Made by a program: the position numbers and the translations under genes | Assembly: GCA_045588085.1 (NCBI GenBank) | Contig: JAZNDN010000023.1 | Span: 1 to 61,627, forward strand | From: Eubacteriales bacterium | GTDB taxonomy: Bacteria > Bacillota > Clostridia > Oscillospirales > CAG-272 | Reading direction: 5' to 3' | Length of the DNA: 61,627 bases | Shown here: piece by piece, positions 27,201 to 35,489 of the stretch | How the letters are laid out: every line of letters begins with the position of its first letter | Position numbering within the stretch: position 1 is the first letter of the stretch | The notes under the pieces: generated by a model | Seen by the model: the letters and a program-made list of their open reading frames with translations, nothing else | The model's database searches: none | What the model was told of the DNA's origin: nothing

Positions 27201-27473
27201 TTACTTGATGGAAGGAAGAAGCTTCTCAACGTCTGCATGAGGTCTGGGGATTACGTGAGTTGCGATAACCTCACCAAGAGAGGTTGCAGCAGCGGAGCCT
27301 GCTTCAACAGCAGCCTTAACTGCACCAACGTCGCCACGAACCATAACGCTTACAAGTCCGCTACCGATTTTCTCACTGCCGATAAGAATAACGTTAGCAG
27401 CCTTAACCATAGCGTCTGCAGCCTCGATAGCAGCAACAAGTCCTCTTGTTTCAATCATACCAAGTGCTTCCAT
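27201..27473 (-). CDS. pduA: BMC-H hexamer shell protein (PduA/PduJ type), copy 1
   Basis: [28 protein letters not shown]...[23 protein letters not shown], the canonical BMC-H sequence. Confidence 0.9.
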   Translation of the reverse strand: MEALGMIETRGLVAAIEAADAMVKAANVILIGSEKIGSGLVSVMVRGDVGAVKAAVEAGSAAATSLGEVIATHVIPRPHADVEKLLPSIK

Positions 27474-27569
27474 GTTAAAATCCTCCTATAGATTTTTATT
27501 TTTTGCTTTTGCTTTTGATAATTATTTATTTCAAAGCGAGACGCGTGCCTTCGCCTTAAAAACTGAGTG

Positions 27570-27842
27570 TCAGCCCGTTGTCAGAAAAGCCATAACATCG
27601 GGATGCGGGCGTGCGATTACCTCGCAGCACTTAACATTACCGACTTCCTTTGCAGCCGCAGCTCCTGCATCAAGAGCCGCTCTTACTGCGGAAACCTCGC
27701 CTTCGACGACTACTGTAACCAGTCTGCCGCCGAGGCGTTTTTCCACGTGAATAAGCTTTACGTCGGCTGCTTTAACCATAGCGTCGAGTCCTGCAATTGC
27801 GGCAACCATAGCCTGCACTTCAAGTAACGCTATTGCCTTCAT
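27570..27842 (-). CDS. divergent BMC-H shell protein with arginine-containing pore loop
   Basis: BMC fold (IALLEVQAMVAAIAGLDAMVKAADV). The pore loop reads EKRLGGRLV instead of EKIGSGLV, and there is a CC pair near the C-terminus (NVKCCEVIARPH). Confidence 0.8.
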   Translation of the reverse strand: MKAIALLEVQAMVAAIAGLDAMVKAADVKLIHVEKRLGGRLVTVVVEGEVSAVRAALDAGAAAAKEVGNVKCCEVIARPHPDVMAFLTTG

Positions 27843-27858
27843 ACCATAAATCCTTTAA

Positions 27859-28134
27859 TTACTTTATGATAGGAAGAAGCTTCTCAACGTCTGCGTGAGG
27901 TCTGGGGATTACGTGAGTTGCGATAACCTCGCCAAGAGCCGTAGCAGCTGCAGAGCCTGCGTCAACAGCAGCCTTAACTGCTCCAACGTCTCCGCGAACC
28001 ATAACGCTTACGAGTCCGCTACCGATTTTTTCGCTTCCGATAAGTACGACGTTTGCCGCCTTAACCATAGCATCTGCAGCCTCGATTGCTGCAACAAGAC
28101 CTCTGGTTTCTACCATTCCGAGTGCTTCCATCAT
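27859..28134 (-). CDS. pduA: BMC-H hexamer shell protein (PduA/PduJ type), copy 2
   Basis: Protein nearly identical to copy 1 apart from a few conservative substitutions and the C-terminal residues. DNA roughly 85 percent identical by eye. Confidence 0.9.
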   Translation of the reverse strand: MMEALGMVETRGLVAAIEAADAMVKAANVVLIGSEKIGSGLVSVMVRGDVGAVKAAVDAGSAAATALGEVIATHVIPRPHADVEKLLPIIK

Positions 28135-28169
28135 TGTTTGATTTCTCCTTTAAATATAAATTATTATTA

Positions 28170-28487
28170 TTATCTTAATTTGTCTTTACCGAGGGCAGAA
28201 AGTCTTGCGAACCATTCTATATCCTCGCTTTGCCTTGCAATTACCTTGTGGGTAATGTAAAGCTCTCTTTTTTCGGCTTCCGCGCGGCCGGCAGCTACGC
28301 TTGCCTCAACGGCAGCGGCAGAGCCCTCCACCTTGATTGCCATAACGAGAGGCACGCGGGCAGAGTCACCTGCGGCAGGCTTATTCTTGTCTATTGCGAC
28401 AACCTTTACGTCAGCCGCCTTTGCCATAGCATCGGCAACTACTATTGCCGTCGCAAAGCCGAATACCTCTATCATTCCAAGTGCCAT
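28170..28487 (-). CDS. BMC-H shell protein variant with pore-loop insertion and C-terminal extension
   Basis: ALGMIEVFGFATAIVVADAMAKAADVKVV, then an inserted loop DKNKPAAGDSARVPLV. C-terminal tail RQSEDIEWFARLSALGKDKLR. Confidence 0.8.
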   Translation of the reverse strand: MALGMIEVFGFATAIVVADAMAKAADVKVVAIDKNKPAAGDSARVPLVMAIKVEGSAAAVEASVAAGRAEAEKRELYITHKVIARQSEDIEWFARLSALGKDKLR

Positions 28488-28498
28488 AGCAGTGCTCC

Positions 28499-29701
28499 TT
28501 ATTCAGCAACGTAGCAAATCTTGATGCCCTGCTGAGAAACGTTTACCTCCATAGCCTCGTTGAGCTTGTCAAGCGGGAAGGTGTGCGTTATAAGGTCCTT
28601 GATAGGAATGTTCATCTCTCTTGCTTGGCGAAGGAATGCCATAGTAGTGGGATAATCATCGGCGCTGTAATCCCAGGAGCCAACGATATTGATTTCCTTG
28701 TTGCACATAGCAAAGTGAGGATTTACTGTGTATTCACCGTTGTTGACGAAGAAGCCCATTTCGCAGAGTCCGCCACCGCGGCGAATGTATTCGTAAATGT
28801 CCTTGGCTGCAGCCGGTGCGCCTGTGCACTGGAATGCGAAGTCAGCGCCAACGCCGTTTGCTGCATTCTTAACTATCTTAACGCGGTCCTCAAGGCTTGT
28901 GACCTCCTTGAAGCTGATAACGGTTTTTGCACCGAGCTTCTTTGCCATTTCAAGTCTTTTGGGAGCACCGTCGATAGCGATAATGTGGTTAATACCGGCA
29001 GCTCTGAGAACCGATATCATAACAAGACCTACGGGGCCAAGACCCTGAACGAGAACCTTGGAGTTGAAGTTCATAAGTCCGGTAGTGTTTGCACGCTTAA
29101 GAGCGTGAACGCAAACGCAGGCAAGCTCAAGAATCATTCTTTCCTTAAGGTCGAGGTCGTTAACCACAAAGTAAGTAGAGCCCTTTCCTCTTATGAGAAG
29201 GTGTGTTGCAAACCAACCGGTAAGGGGATTTGCATCGTTGTGAGGAATAAGACCGAATACGCCCTGCTTGTCGCAAAGGTTTGTATTCGCGGGCTGGTTG
29301 CGGCAGATATAGCAGTCACCGCAGCTGATAACGCTGGTAACTATTTTATCGCCAACCTTGATAGGATTTCCGGCGGTATCCTTTTTGATATTTTTTCCGA
29401 GAGCGATTATCTCACCGGTGCCCTCGTGACCCAGAGTAACCGGCATAATGCCGAAGGGGTCTGCTCGCCATTCGTGAACGTCGGTGCCGCAAACTCCGCA
29501 GCCTTCAACTCTGACGAGAATATCGTCGTCCTGAAGAGCGGGAATCGGGTACTCTTTTACCTCGATTTTCTTGGTTGCGGTAAGGGTTGCAACCTTTGCG
29601 GTCTTAGGAATTTCACGCGAGCCCTGGCAGCATCCGCTACCCGAAAGCTCTCCGAGTATCTTGCGGACGATGCTTTCAACCTGAGATTGATTAATACTCA
29701 T
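28499..29701 (-). CDS. zinc-dependent (MDR family) alcohol dehydrogenase with N-terminal encapsulation peptide
   Basis: GHEGTGEI catalytic Zn motif, structural Zn Cys cluster (CGDCYICRNQ...C) and Rossmann VQGLGPVGL. N-terminal SINQSQVESIVRKILGELSGSG helix. ATG 29701 has RBS AAAGGAA; ATG 29722 is an alternative start. Confidence 0.8.
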   Translation of the reverse strand: MSINQSQVESIVRKILGELSGSGCCQGSREIPKTAKVATLTATKKIEVKEYPIPALQDDDILVRVEGCGVCGTDVHEWRADPFGIMPVTLGHEGTGEIIALGKNIKKDTAGNPIKVGDKIVTSVISCGDCYICRNQPANTNLCDKQGVFGLIPHNDANPLTGWFATHLLIRGKGSTYFVVNDLDLKERMILELACVCVHALKRANTTGLMNFNSKVLVQGLGPVGLVMISVLRAAGINHIIAIDGAPKRLEMAKKLGAKTVISFKEVTSLEDRVKIVKNAANGVGADFAFQCTGAPAAAKDIYEYIRRGGGLCEMGFFVNNGEYTVNPHFAMCNKEINIVGSWDYSADDYPTTMAFLRQAREMNIPIKDLITHTFPLDKLNEAMEVNVSQQGIKICYVAE

Positions 29702-29718
29702 TTTTAAATTCCTTTCTG

Positions 29719-31179
29719 TCATATAATGCGGAAGTTGTCAACCATTACGCAGCGGCGAAGCCTGGTGAAGCTCTTGGCGCTGGTGATACCCTCACCGGTA
29801 GGTCCGGCAATCGTAAAGGTGGTGTGTCCCTCACCGCCGAAGCCTATGCCTGCATAGGAAGGTGCATTCTTTACGAAAATTGTGGTTTCAACCGCGCGGG
29901 CAAAGCGCGTAAGGTGGTCAATATTTTTGGAATGCATATGAGCCGTGTGTCTGTTTCCGTGCTCCGCCTTAACGGCAAGGTCAATAGCCGTGTCAATATT
30001 ATCAACTCTGACTATCGGAAGAATGGGCATCATAAGCTCATGCTGAACGAAGGGGTGCTCAAATTCCGTCTCGCATATAATGCAGCGAATTTCAGAACCT
30101 ACCTTAATTCCGATTTTATCAAGAAGAACTCTCGCATCACGTCCTACGCAATCGCGGCTGACGGTTTTTGAGATAACACCGGTCTTGGGGTTCTTCTTGT
30201 CTACGAGAACTATCTCGGCAAGCCTTGCAGCCTGCTCCTTCGAGATAAGATAAGCACCGTTTTTCAGCATAGCGTCTATAAGCTCGTCTGCAATGCTTGC
30301 AAATGCAAATACCTCTTTTTCCGCGATACAGGGAAGATTGTTATCGAAGGAGCATCCGTCGATTATATCCTTGCCTGCTTTTTTGATATCTGCGGTATCG
30401 TCAACGATAACGGGGGGATTTCCCGCACCGGCACCGATAGCCTTCTTTCCGCTGGAGAGAACGCTTTTTACAACACCGGGTCCGCCCGTGCAAACCAGAA
30501 GTCTTATACTGGGATGCTTATACATTACGTCTGCCGATTCGAGAGTGGGCTTGGCAACCGAAGCCACGAGAATGTCGGGGCCGCCGGCCATAGCGCTCGC
30601 GCGGTTGACGAGGTCAACTGCATAGTTCGATGTTGAAATAGCTCCGGGGTGGGGGTTGAAAACAACTCCGTTGCCGGCTGCTATCATTCCGATGCTGTTG
30701 CATATAACAGTTTCGGATGGGTTGGTTGACGGAGTGATGCTTCCGACTACGCCAAACGGCGCCATTTCGGTAAGCGTAAGTCCGTCGTCACCTGTTTTAA
30801 CCTGCGATACGATGTCTGATGTTCCGGGTGTCTTATCTGCAACGAGCATGTGCTTCGCCGTTTTGTGATCGACTCTGCCCATCTTCGTTTCGGCAACGCC
30901 CAGCGCCGCCATGATGGGAGCCTCCTCACGAGTCAGCTCGCGGATCTTGGCAATGATTTTTTCTCTTTCAGCCAAGGTCATAGCGCGCACTGCACGGTAT
31001 CCCGCACCTGCGGCGTCGATAGCATCGCGCATATCCTCGAAAACACCAATCAATTTGCGTCCGTTATAGGAAGTAGAATTCCATTCACCGATTTTTGCGG
31101 CGGGTACGCTCGTACCGAGGCTCTTCAAAACCGAGGATACGATATTCTGTATATCGGCCTCTGTCCAATTAATAGCCAT
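29719..31179 (-). CDS. pduP: CoA-acylating aldehyde dehydrogenase (PduP/EutE type) with N-terminal encapsulation peptide
   Basis: ALDH fold with catalytic Cys region (FDNNLPCIAEKE). N-terminal WTEADIQNIVSSVLKSLG amphipathic helix. Confidence 0.85.
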   Translation of the reverse strand: MAINWTEADIQNIVSSVLKSLGTSVPAAKIGEWNSTSYNGRKLIGVFEDMRDAIDAAGAGYRAVRAMTLAEREKIIAKIRELTREEAPIMAALGVAETKMGRVDHKTAKHMLVADKTPGTSDIVSQVKTGDDGLTLTEMAPFGVVGSITPSTNPSETVICNSIGMIAAGNGVVFNPHPGAISTSNYAVDLVNRASAMAGGPDILVASVAKPTLESADVMYKHPSIRLLVCTGGPGVVKSVLSSGKKAIGAGAGNPPVIVDDTADIKKAGKDIIDGCSFDNNLPCIAEKEVFAFASIADELIDAMLKNGAYLISKEQAARLAEIVLVDKKNPKTGVISKTVSRDCVGRDARVLLDKIGIKVGSEIRCIICETEFEHPFVQHELMMPILPIVRVDNIDTAIDLAVKAEHGNRHTAHMHSKNIDHLTRFARAVETTIFVKNAPSYAGIGFGGEGHTTFTIAGPTGEGITSAKSFTRLRRCVMVDNFRII

Positions 31180-31228
31180 TTTCTATCTCCTTCTTTTGCA
31201 AATTCAGAAAACGATTTGTAAAAGGGAA

Positions 31229-31978
31229 TTATTTGCCGAGCGCTGCAAGAACTCTCTTGGTAATCTCTTCAACGAGAGCCTCGGTGTTCTGGCATGCGGG
31301 CTTTTCTTCCTCAAGGTCAAGACCGGGATGACGTCCGGGAAGATTCATCTTCTTGCGCAGATCCATAAGCTTCTTGAGCTGCTCGTTGGGAATTTCATGA
31401 ACCGCACCGAGCTCCATAGCGTTCTTGCATATCTTAGCGTTGAACTCAACCTCTTCCATAACGAACTGAGCCTTGGTGAGAGTGCAGCCAACGGTAAGTG
31501 CACCGTGGTTCTTAAGAAGGAACGCATCGTGATTCTGAATGTAGGGCTCAAGAGAATCGGGAATTTCCATAGTGGAGGGAGTACCGTATTCGCAGGTGGG
31601 AACCTCACCTATGGTAAGAACTGCCTCGGGAAGAATGTACTGGTCGAGGTTTACGCCTGCAAACGTGAAAGCGGTAGCAACAGGGGGATGAGCGTGAACA
31701 ACCGCGTTAACGTCGGGACGCTCTTTGTAAACACGCATGTGCATCTTGATTTCCGACGAAGGATTGAGCTTTCCTTCAATCTTGTTGCCGTTCTCGTCAA
31801 CCTTGATGATCATGTCGGGAGTGAGGTCACCCTTCGATACGCCGGTAGGGGTGCAGTAATACTCGCGTTCGGAAATTTTAACCGATATATTACCGTCGTT
31901 TGCTGCTACGAAGCCGAGATTGTAAAGCTTATGACCGACTTCGCAGATTTCCTTTTTGATTTCAAATGGAGATTTCAT
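31229..31978 (-). CDS. class II aldolase (L-fuculose/L-rhamnulose-1-phosphate aldolase family) with C-terminal extension
   Basis: GNISVK...PTGVSKG...VVHAHPP metal-binding pattern of FucA/RhaD-type aldolases. An extra ~35-aa tail ends in TEALVEEITKRVLAALGK. Confidence 0.8.
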   Translation of the reverse strand: MKSPFEIKKEICEVGHKLYNLGFVAANDGNISVKISEREYYCTPTGVSKGDLTPDMIIKVDENGNKIEGKLNPSSEIKMHMRVYKERPDVNAVVHAHPPVATAFTFAGVNLDQYILPEAVLTIGEVPTCEYGTPSTMEIPDSLEPYIQNHDAFLLKNHGALTVGCTLTKAQFVMEEVEFNAKICKNAMELGAVHEIPNEQLKKLMDLRKKMNLPGRHPGLDLEEEKPACQNTEALVEEITKRVLAALGK

Positions 31979-32017
31979 TTTTCTTTTTCCTTTCGGTTTT
32001 TTATTTTTATTTTAATT

Positions 32018-33208
32018 TTATTTTGCAAGATTAAGAGTATCCAGCGCTATCATATATTCCTCGTTGGTGGGAATAACGAAGGTTTTTACCTTTGAGCCGG
32101 GCTTGGTGAGGTCGCAGAATTCTCCGCGAGGAGCAGAAGCGTTAAGCTCGCTGTCAAACTCAATTCCGAGATAAGACATATCGGTAAGAACCGCATCTCT
32201 GAGCTCGCGGTTGTTTTCTCCGATGCCGGCAGTGAATACCACTGCGTCAACACCGTTCATTTCCGCTACGTAGGAGCCGATTATCTTCTTGACGTAGTGA
32301 GCAAGAATTTTCATAGCCAGGTCGGCTCTGTGATTGCCGGCAGCGGCAGCCTCACCGATATCGCGGCAGTCGCTTGAAATTCCGGAAATTCCGAGAAGAC
32401 CGGATTTGGAATTAAGGAGCTTTTCAACCTCCTCTGCGCTGATACCTTCCTTTTTCATTATATAGGTAGCAACGGTGGGGTCTATCGAGCCGCTTCTGGT
32501 TCCCATGGGAACACCCTCTTGAGGAGTGAAGCCCATTGATGTGTCGATTGCAATTCCGCCAACAGATGCGGTTATCGAGGAGCCGTTTCCAAGGTGGCAG
32601 GTGATAACCTTTGCATCAGGCTTTCCGAGAAGCTCCATTGCCTTGGCGCAAACGAATCTGTGCGAGGTGCCGTGGAATCCGTAACGACGGATTTTGTACT
32701 TTTCGTAAAGCTCGTAGGGGATGGGGTAAATGTAGGAATGCTCGGGCATATCCGAGTAGTAGGATGTGTCGAACACGCCTACGTGGGTTATAGAGGGCAT
32801 AACGCTCTTGCACGCCTTGAAGCCGCTGATTGCCGGAGGCCCGTGCAGAGGGTTGAGCTCTGCTATGCTTTCGAGATACTTGATTTCCTCTTCACCGAGG
32901 ACTGAGGATTTGCGAAGCTTTTCTCCGCCGTGAGCAAATCTGTGTCCGACAGCACCTATTTCGCCAACGTCACTTATAACGCCGAGCTCAGCGTCGGTAA
33001 GGAGCTTAAGAACAAGCTCAATTGCTGCCTTGTGGTCCGGCAAAGACGCTTCTGCTTTGTAGTCCTCTTTTCCGGGACGCTTATGGGTGATAACACCGTC
33101 GATACCGATACGCTCGCAGTTTCCCTTTGCAAGAACAGTATTTGTCTCCATATCGAAGAGCTGATACTTGAGGGAAGAACTGCCCGCGTTAACTACGAGT
33201 ATTTTCAT
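32018..33208 (-). CDS. ackA: acetate/propionate kinase
   Basis: MKILVVNAGSSSLKYQLF N-terminus, GHR.VHGG-like GHRFAHGGE, and the GFHGTSH motif. Confidence 0.9.
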   Translation of the reverse strand: MKILVVNAGSSSLKYQLFDMETNTVLAKGNCERIGIDGVITHKRPGKEDYKAEASLPDHKAAIELVLKLLTDAELGVISDVGEIGAVGHRFAHGGEKLRKSSVLGEEEIKYLESIAELNPLHGPPAISGFKACKSVMPSITHVGVFDTSYYSDMPEHSYIYPIPYELYEKYKIRRYGFHGTSHRFVCAKAMELLGKPDAKVITCHLGNGSSITASVGGIAIDTSMGFTPQEGVPMGTRSGSIDPTVATYIMKKEGISAEEVEKLLNSKSGLLGISGISSDCRDIGEAAAAGNHRADLAMKILAHYVKKIIGSYVAEMNGVDAVVFTAGIGENNRELRDAVLTDMSYLGIEFDSELNASAPRGEFCDLTKPGSKVKTFVIPTNEEYMIALDTLNLAK

Positions 33209-33266
33209 TTCGTTCTCCTTTGTAGTGTAATGCTATTATAAATTTTAATTAATTTGACTTGTTAAG

Positions 33267-34109
33267 CTATTCTTCAAGAATACGCTTGGATTTGAGCTCT
33301 GCCTCGCCTGCTCCTACCGAGAAGGCGCGCGCAGCGTTTTGGTAAACTATCTTATAGCACAGAGCGTCAATAACCACAAGCCTTGACATATGGGAATTAA
33401 GCCCGAGCGTGCTGTGCCTGGTTTCTTCCGTGTCCGTGAGGAGCAAAATATCGCTTTGCCTTGCAATAGGCGAACGCTCCTTAGAGGTGATGGAAATTGT
33501 GGTAGCTCCTCTTCGCCTTGCTATTTTCATAGCCTCGACTATATCCTTCGAGGAACCGGACTGAGATATTCCGATAAGCGCATCTCCTTTTCCCAGCTGA
33601 GAAACGGCGATTGCCTGCATATGAGTATCGGCGTATGCCGCACTGTTGCAGCCTGCCCTCAAGAATTTATTTGATGCGTCCTCCGCAACCGATGCCGAGG
33701 TACCAAGACCGATAAGCACGATTCGCGAGGATTCCGAAATTGCCTTCGCCGCCTTCGTCATCGCTTGGGCGGAGAGAGTTTTTTTCGTTCTCTCAAGAGA
33801 CATATACGCATCGTTGCATACCTTTTCGAATATCTCGTAGCACTCGTCCTCCTCGGTTATGGTAGGAGCTATAACCTTCTTGTCCTTTTCTTGCGCAAGA
33901 ATGATTTTCAGTTCCTGATATCCCGAGCAGCCGAGTCGCTTTGAAAATCGAACTATCGTCGCCTCGCTGCTGTCGCATTTGGAGGCAAGATCGGATATTG
34001 AGTAGGGAAGAATTTCTCCGGAGTGGGAGAATAACCAGTCAGCGACCTTTCTCTCAGAGCGACCCATATCGTCATACATGAGCTGCGCCTGCAGTAAAGT
34101 CCTGTTCAA
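33267..34109 (-). CDS. RpiR/MurR-family transcriptional regulator (HTH_6 + SIS sugar-phosphate-binding domain)
   Basis: N-terminal GRSERKVADWL...ISDLASKCDSSEATIVRFSKRLGCSGYQELK and SIS domain (IVLIGLGTSASVA...GISQSGSSKD). TTG start at 34109 with GGAGG 6 nt upstream. Confidence 0.8.
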   Translation of the reverse strand: MNRTLLQAQLMYDDMGRSERKVADWLFSHSGEILPYSISDLASKCDSSEATIVRFSKRLGCSGYQELKIILAQEKDKKVIAPTITEEDECYEIFEKVCNDAYMSLERTKKTLSAQAMTKAAKAISESSRIVLIGLGTSASVAEDASNKFLRAGCNSAAYADTHMQAIAVSQLGKGDALIGISQSGSSKDIVEAMKIARRRGATTISITSKERSPIARQSDILLLTDTEETRHSTLGLNSHMSRLVVIDALCYKIVYQNAARAFSVGAGEAELKSKRILEE

Positions 34110-34141
34110 AATCTGCCTCCTTTCAAAAAACGGTAAAAACG

Positions 34142-34446
34142 TTCGGTGATTTCACCGAATGAAAATTATTTTCATTTTCTGTCGGAATTTATATCGAATA
34201 TTTGACAAAAATGAAAATCAATTTCGAAATTAATGAAAATTACTTTCACAATTAGGATTTTATCACAAATTTCCATAAATGTCAACACTTTTTTGGAAAA
34301 ATTTTCGATTTTTTTGTTTTTCTAAATATTTAAAATATTTTATATGTAAGGCGCAAAATAAAACGGCAGAAAGCGGATTTTTGAAAAATATTTTCATTTT
34401 TTCGAAAAATACCGTGAAAAAAGTGAAAATTTGAAAATAATTTTCG
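34142..34446. promoter_or_regulatory. cluster of operator-like palindromes in the 490-bp AT-rich intergenic region
   Basis: TTCGGTGA-TT-TCACCGAA (34142-34159). TGAAAAT-N-ATTTTCA type sites at 34160-34174 (perfect), 34212-34226, 34234-34248, 34382-34396 and 34432-34446, plus extra GTGAAAA half-sites at 34413-34430. Confidence 0.5.
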
Positions 34447-34550
34447 TTAACAATTAAGACACATTTTAAGCCTGCGATATGAAAAAAACTTTCAAAGGGC
34501 ACGCAAACCACGGCTTTTGAAAACGCGAAGGCGAACCGATAAGATTTTTC

Positions 34551-34579
34551 TTGACTAATTGGCGCCAATAGTGTAAAAT
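34551..34579 (+). promoter_or_regulatory. sigma-A promoter with palindrome in spacer
   Basis: TTGACT (34551-34556), 17 nt, TAAAAT (34574-34579). The spacer contains the perfect 12-bp palindrome ATTGGCGCCAAT (34558-34569). Confidence 0.55.
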
Positions 34580-34599
34580 AAAAGAAAAAGGGGTTTTTT

Positions 34600-35241
34600 A
34601 TGCCAACTGATAAGATTTACAAACTCGGAACAAAAAGAAACAATCTTTTCCTTCGAGTTATGAAGGGGCATTTCGCATCTGCGAACAGCCATACGAATTA
34701 TTACATAGACATAACCTTGCAGAAATCACGTCTTTCCGAGGCGAGAGCGGTTGCCGAGGAGCTTGTTTCTTATTACAGCATCAGCACTATCGTTGATACG
34801 ATAATTTGTCTTGACGGAACCGAGGTTATAGGAACCTGCCTTGCCGATGAGCTCACCAAGGGTAATTTCATGAATATGAATGCGCACAGAACTATTTACG
34901 TTGTGACTCCTGAAATGACCTCCGGAAGCCAGATTATTTTTAGAGACGGAACCGCGGATATGATAAGAGGGAAGCACGTTCTGATTCTTTCGGCATCGGT
35001 AACCACCGGATATACCGCAAAAACCGCTATTGAAGCAATAAAGTATTACGGAGGTTACGTAGCCGGAGTTGCTGCGATATTTGCAACCGCTGAGAATGTG
35101 GGCGAATATAAGGTAGAATCTGTGTTCAATCCCAACGACCTTGGCGATTACGTATCCTCTCAGTCTCATTCCTGCCCTATGTGCAAAAACGGAGAAAAGC
35201 TTGACGCGTTAATTAACAGCTTCGGCTACTCAAAGCTATAA
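34600..35241 (+). CDS. phosphoribosyltransferase-fold protein (PyrE-like, function unclear)
   Basis: PRPP-loop-like VLILSASVTTGYTA preceded by a hydrophobic strand. C-terminal CPMCKNG. RBS AAAGGGG. Confidence 0.55.
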   Translation: MPTDKIYKLGTKRNNLFLRVMKGHFASANSHTNYYIDITLQKSRLSEARAVAEELVSYYSISTIVDTIICLDGTEVIGTCLADELTKGNFMNMNAHRTIYVVTPEMTSGSQIIFRDGTADMIRGKHVLILSASVTTGYTAKTAIEAIKYYGGYVAGVAAIFATAENVGEYKVESVFNPNDLGDYVSSQSHSCPMCKNGEKLDALINSFGYSKL

Positions 35242-35335
35242 AAAATACCCGTGTCAGAGCACGGGATAAAACGATAAAATAAATGAAAACCGTAGGTTTT
35301 CGACCTTAAATTAAATAAAATCGCACTTAAAACAA

Positions 35336-35374
35336 AAGAGGTACTGTGTTTTTTCACAATACCTCTTGTTTTTT
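35336..35374. terminator. bidirectional intrinsic terminator
   Basis: Stem AAGAGGTACTGTG / CACAATACCTCTT (one mismatch) followed by GTTTTTT, with an A-run upstream. Between convergent PRTase and HAD genes. Confidence 0.6.
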
Positions 35375-35489
35375 ATTCGGTTACGACTTAACAAGGATTA
35401 GTACGACGAAAGATGCTGAAATTTATCGTCGCAAGGCTTATTGGTTCGATTCTCTTACGGCTATGCCTAAATGCGACAGCCCTTTTTGT

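Larger units (their letters stand above)
18563..34109 (-). other. glycyl-radical-enzyme microcompartment (GRM, fucose/rhamnose type) locus, 20 co-directional genes
   Basis: Contiguous minus-strand genes with short gaps or overlaps: regulator, kinase, aldolase, AldDH, ADH, 4x BMC-H, PduL, BMC-P, PduS, PduT, GRE, activase, PduU, EutP/PduV, ParA, small partner. Confidence 0.85.

Noticed and set aside
28583-29707. 374-aa ORF on the plus strand, along with similar long antisense ORFs at 31196-32095, 2783-3901, 9399-10103, 13847-14584, 15704-16345, 40536-41093 and 56227-57075
   Set aside because: Each lies entirely antisense to a gene with clear family motifs. They have low-complexity or Cys/Arg/Ser-biased composition and no RBS. 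These are typical shadow ORFs produced by codon bias.
34142-34446. Repeated TGAAAAT motifs considered as a possible CRISPR-like or cre (CcpA) array
   Set aside because: The repeats are 15-bp palindromes with irregular spacing and no unique spacers, so this is not a CRISPR array. They lack the central CG of the cre consensus TGWAANCGNTNWCA.
34263-34568. 101-aa minus-strand ORF inside the AT-rich rpiR/PRTase intergenic region
   Set aside because: Phe/Lys/Asn-rich translation of AT-rich DNA with no RBS. It overlaps the palindrome array and the downstream promoter.
35443-35452. GGTTCGATTC, which looks like a tRNA T-loop, in the spacer between the PRTase and HAD genes
   Set aside because: The flanking bases cannot form a T-stem (ATTGG versus CTCTT). 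No acceptor, D or anticodon arms can be drawn. This is not a tRNA, and at most a chance match or eroded fragment.
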